A DNA stretch of 36,308 nt from the IMG/VR virus record IMGVR_UViG_2563366905_000008; one strand, 5' to 3'. The DNA is from a virus. Its lineage: Duplodnaviria; Heunggongvirae; Uroviricota; Caudoviricetes. Shown piece after piece: positions 34,711-36,308 of this stretch. Under the pieces are notes generated by a model. That model saw only the letters and a list, made by a program, of their open reading frames with translations. It was not told where the DNA came from and did not search any database. The first letter of the stretch is position 1, and each line of letters opens with the position of its first letter. The position numbers and the translations under genes were made by a program.

Positions 34711-36308
34711 TTATGGGAAACCTGAATGAAACAGAAAAGTGGGAAGAAAATATCTATCAACTGGAGACATCAGATCCGGTTCTGGGTGGTGCTGACGGGA
34801 TATCAAATCGAGCCCCCCGGCAACTGGCAAACAGGACGAAATGGCTGAAGAAGAAAACGGAGGAAGCCGCACAGTCACTGGCTGAACACGTGCGTTCCCG
34901 TAACCACCCGGACGCGACACTGACAGCTAAGGGGTTCACCCAACTGAGCAGTGCCACCAACAGCACCTCTGAAACGCTGGCCGCCACACCAAAAGCCGTC
35001 AAGGCTGCATACGACCTTGCAGCCGGCAAGGCGCCTGCCAGCCACACTCACCCGTGGAACCAGATAACGGGAGTGCCTGCTGCTTCGCTGACGGCAAAAG
35101 GCACCGTACAACTGAGCAGCGCCACGGACAGTCAATCAGAAACTGAGGCTGCCACGCCGAAGGCTGTGAAAATCGCGTATGATCTGGCCCGGGGAAAATA
35201 CACAGCCCAGGATGCAACAACGACCCGTAAAGGGATCGTACAACTGAGCAGTGCCACTAACAGCACGTCTGAAACGCTGGCCGCCACACCAAAGGCCGTC
35301 AAGGCTGCATATGACCTGGCTGCCGGCAAGGCCCCCGTCAGCCACACTCACCCGTGGAGTCAGATAACGGGAGTGCCTGCTGCCTCGCTGACGGCAAAAG
35401 GCACCGTACAACTGAGCAGCGCCACGGACAGTCAATCAGAAACTGAGGCTGCCACGCCGAAGGCGGTCAAGGCTGCATACGACCTTGCAGCCGGCAAGGC
35501 GCCCGTCAGCCACACTCACCCGTGGAGTCAGATAACGGGAGTGCCTGCTGCCTCGCTGACGGCAAAAGGCACCGTACAATTGAGCAGTGCCATCAACAGC
35601 ACGTCTGAAATACTGGCCGCCACACCGAAAGCGGTCAAGGCTGCATACGATCTGGCAAACGGAAAACAACCGGCAGATGCCACGCTCACTGCTCTGGCAG
35701 GGCTTGCCACTGCAGCAGATCGGTTGCCTTATTTTACCGGAGCAGACCGCGCAGCGCTGGCAACCCTTACAGCTATTGGTCGCGCTATTATCGCTAAGGG
35801 CAGTATAAAAGATGTCCTCAATTACCTTGGTTTGGGGGAAGGCTCTGCACTGCCTGTTGGTGTGCCTGTTCCATGGCCCACCGCCACGCCGCCAGCAGGC
35901 TGGTTGAAGTGCGACGGACGCTCCTTTACAAAAGAACAATATCCTGTTCTGGCCCGAGTCTACCCGACCCTCCGCCTGCCTGATTTGCGCGGTGAGTTTA
36001 TCCGTGGATGGGACGACGGACGAAAGGTTGACACCGGGCGTGCCCTGCTAAGCAGCCAGAGCGGAATGATTGAAAAACACCGTCATATTGTTGTTGCCAA
36101 TGATGGTTACGACACAAAAGATGAATGGGAACTGGCTGCGATTTTCAAAAAGACATACACACAAGGACGGGGACTTGATGCCACAAATACAGGAGGGAGT
36201 CTGATCCCATCACCGACACTTCATTCACGAGGGAGTATCGGTAATACTGGCGGGAGTGAAACCCGTCCACGAAATATTGCCTTTAACTACATTGTCAGGG
36301 CGACCTAA
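34707..36308 (+). CDS. Tail fiber protein with tandem fiber repeats and C-terminal tail-collar-like domain
   Basis: 533 aa ending with TAA at the window edge; five repeats of [LT]TAKG.VQLSSAT...ATPKAVK.AYDLA; C-terminal YPVLARVYPTLRLPDLRGEFIRGWDDG resembles the phage tail collar motif. Confidence 0.8.
   Translation: MIMGNLNETEKWEENIYQLETSDPVLGGADGISNRAPRQLANRTKWLKKKTEEAAQSLAEHVRSRNHPDATLTAKGFTQLSSATNSTSETLAATPKAVKAAYDLAAGKAPASHTHPWNQITGVPAASLTAKGTVQLSSATDSQSETEAATPKAVKIAYDLARGKYTAQDATTTRKGIVQLSSATNSTSETLAATPKAVKAAYDLAAGKAPVSHTHPWSQITGVPAASLTAKGTVQLSSATDSQSETEAATPKAVKAAYDLAAGKAPVSHTHPWSQITGVPAASLTAKGTVQLSSAINSTSEILAATPKAVKAAYDLANGKQPADATLTALAGLATAADRLPYFTGADRAALATLTAIGRAIIAKGSIKDVLNYLGLGEGSALPVGVPVPWPTATPPAGWLKCDGRSFTKEQYPVLARVYPTLRLPDLRGEFIRGWDDGRKVDTGRALLSSQSGMIEKHRHIVVANDGYDTKDEWELAAIFKKTYTQGRGLDATNTGGSLIPSPTLHSRGSIGNTGGSETRPRNIAFNYIVRAT
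34920..35663 (+). repeat. Tandem repeat array inside the tail fiber gene (about five ~37-aa units; higher-order ~300-bp period)
   Basis: Near-identical DNA segments beginning caactgagcagtgcca at 34941 and 35241, with a further copy near 35577. Confidence 0.8.

Larger units (their letters stand above)
1272..36308. mobile_element. Mu-like transposable prophage (BcepMu/SalMu-like layout with P2-like tail module); left boundary uncertain, right end beyond window
   Basis: Contiguous set of transposase A, B, Gam, GemA, Mor, repressor, lysis, terminase, portal, Mu F/G/I, capsid and contractile tail genes with tight coupling. Confidence 0.8.

Noticed and set aside
34711-35939. Several minus-strand ORFs antisense to the tail fiber repeat region
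   Set aside because: They recur because of the tandem repeats in the fiber gene; products are Ala/Ser/Cys-rich low-complexity; no independent start signals.

Overview
The window holds a short host-like flank (1..~1000) followed by most of a Mu-like transposable prophage that runs off the right edge. All calls rest on reading the six-frame translations and the raw sequence by eye; no database search was possible, so family names are motif-based recollections. The prophage has two divergent arms around an immunity region near 10.3 kb. The early arm is on the minus strand (10288 down to ~1990): Cro/Ner-like regulator, DDE transposase A, AAA+ transposition protein B, Gam, a MazG-like protein, GemA-like and Mor-like proteins. 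The late arm is on the plus strand (13269 to 36308): lysis cassette with a signal-anchored lytic transglycosylase and nested spanins, terminase, portal, Mu F/G/I-like head genes, capsid, then a P2-like contractile tail module ending in a repeat-rich tail fiber. This layout resembles the BcepMu/SalMu-like branch rather than Mu itself. Between the repressor and the lysis genes sits an accessory island (10845..13138) with a Dam-type adenine methyltransferase, a P-loop NTPase and two small unknown genes in an unusual overlapping arrangement; this is the best candidate for an undescribed cargo system. Other notable signals are a 20-bp motif (TCTTAA-N5-TTTAAWATC) recurring upstream of late operons, a 261-bp in-frame tandem duplication in the tape measure gene, a tail chaperone extension in the +1 frame, and a small terminator-flanked ORF inside the tail operon. 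No rRNA, tRNA or CRISPR array was seen.
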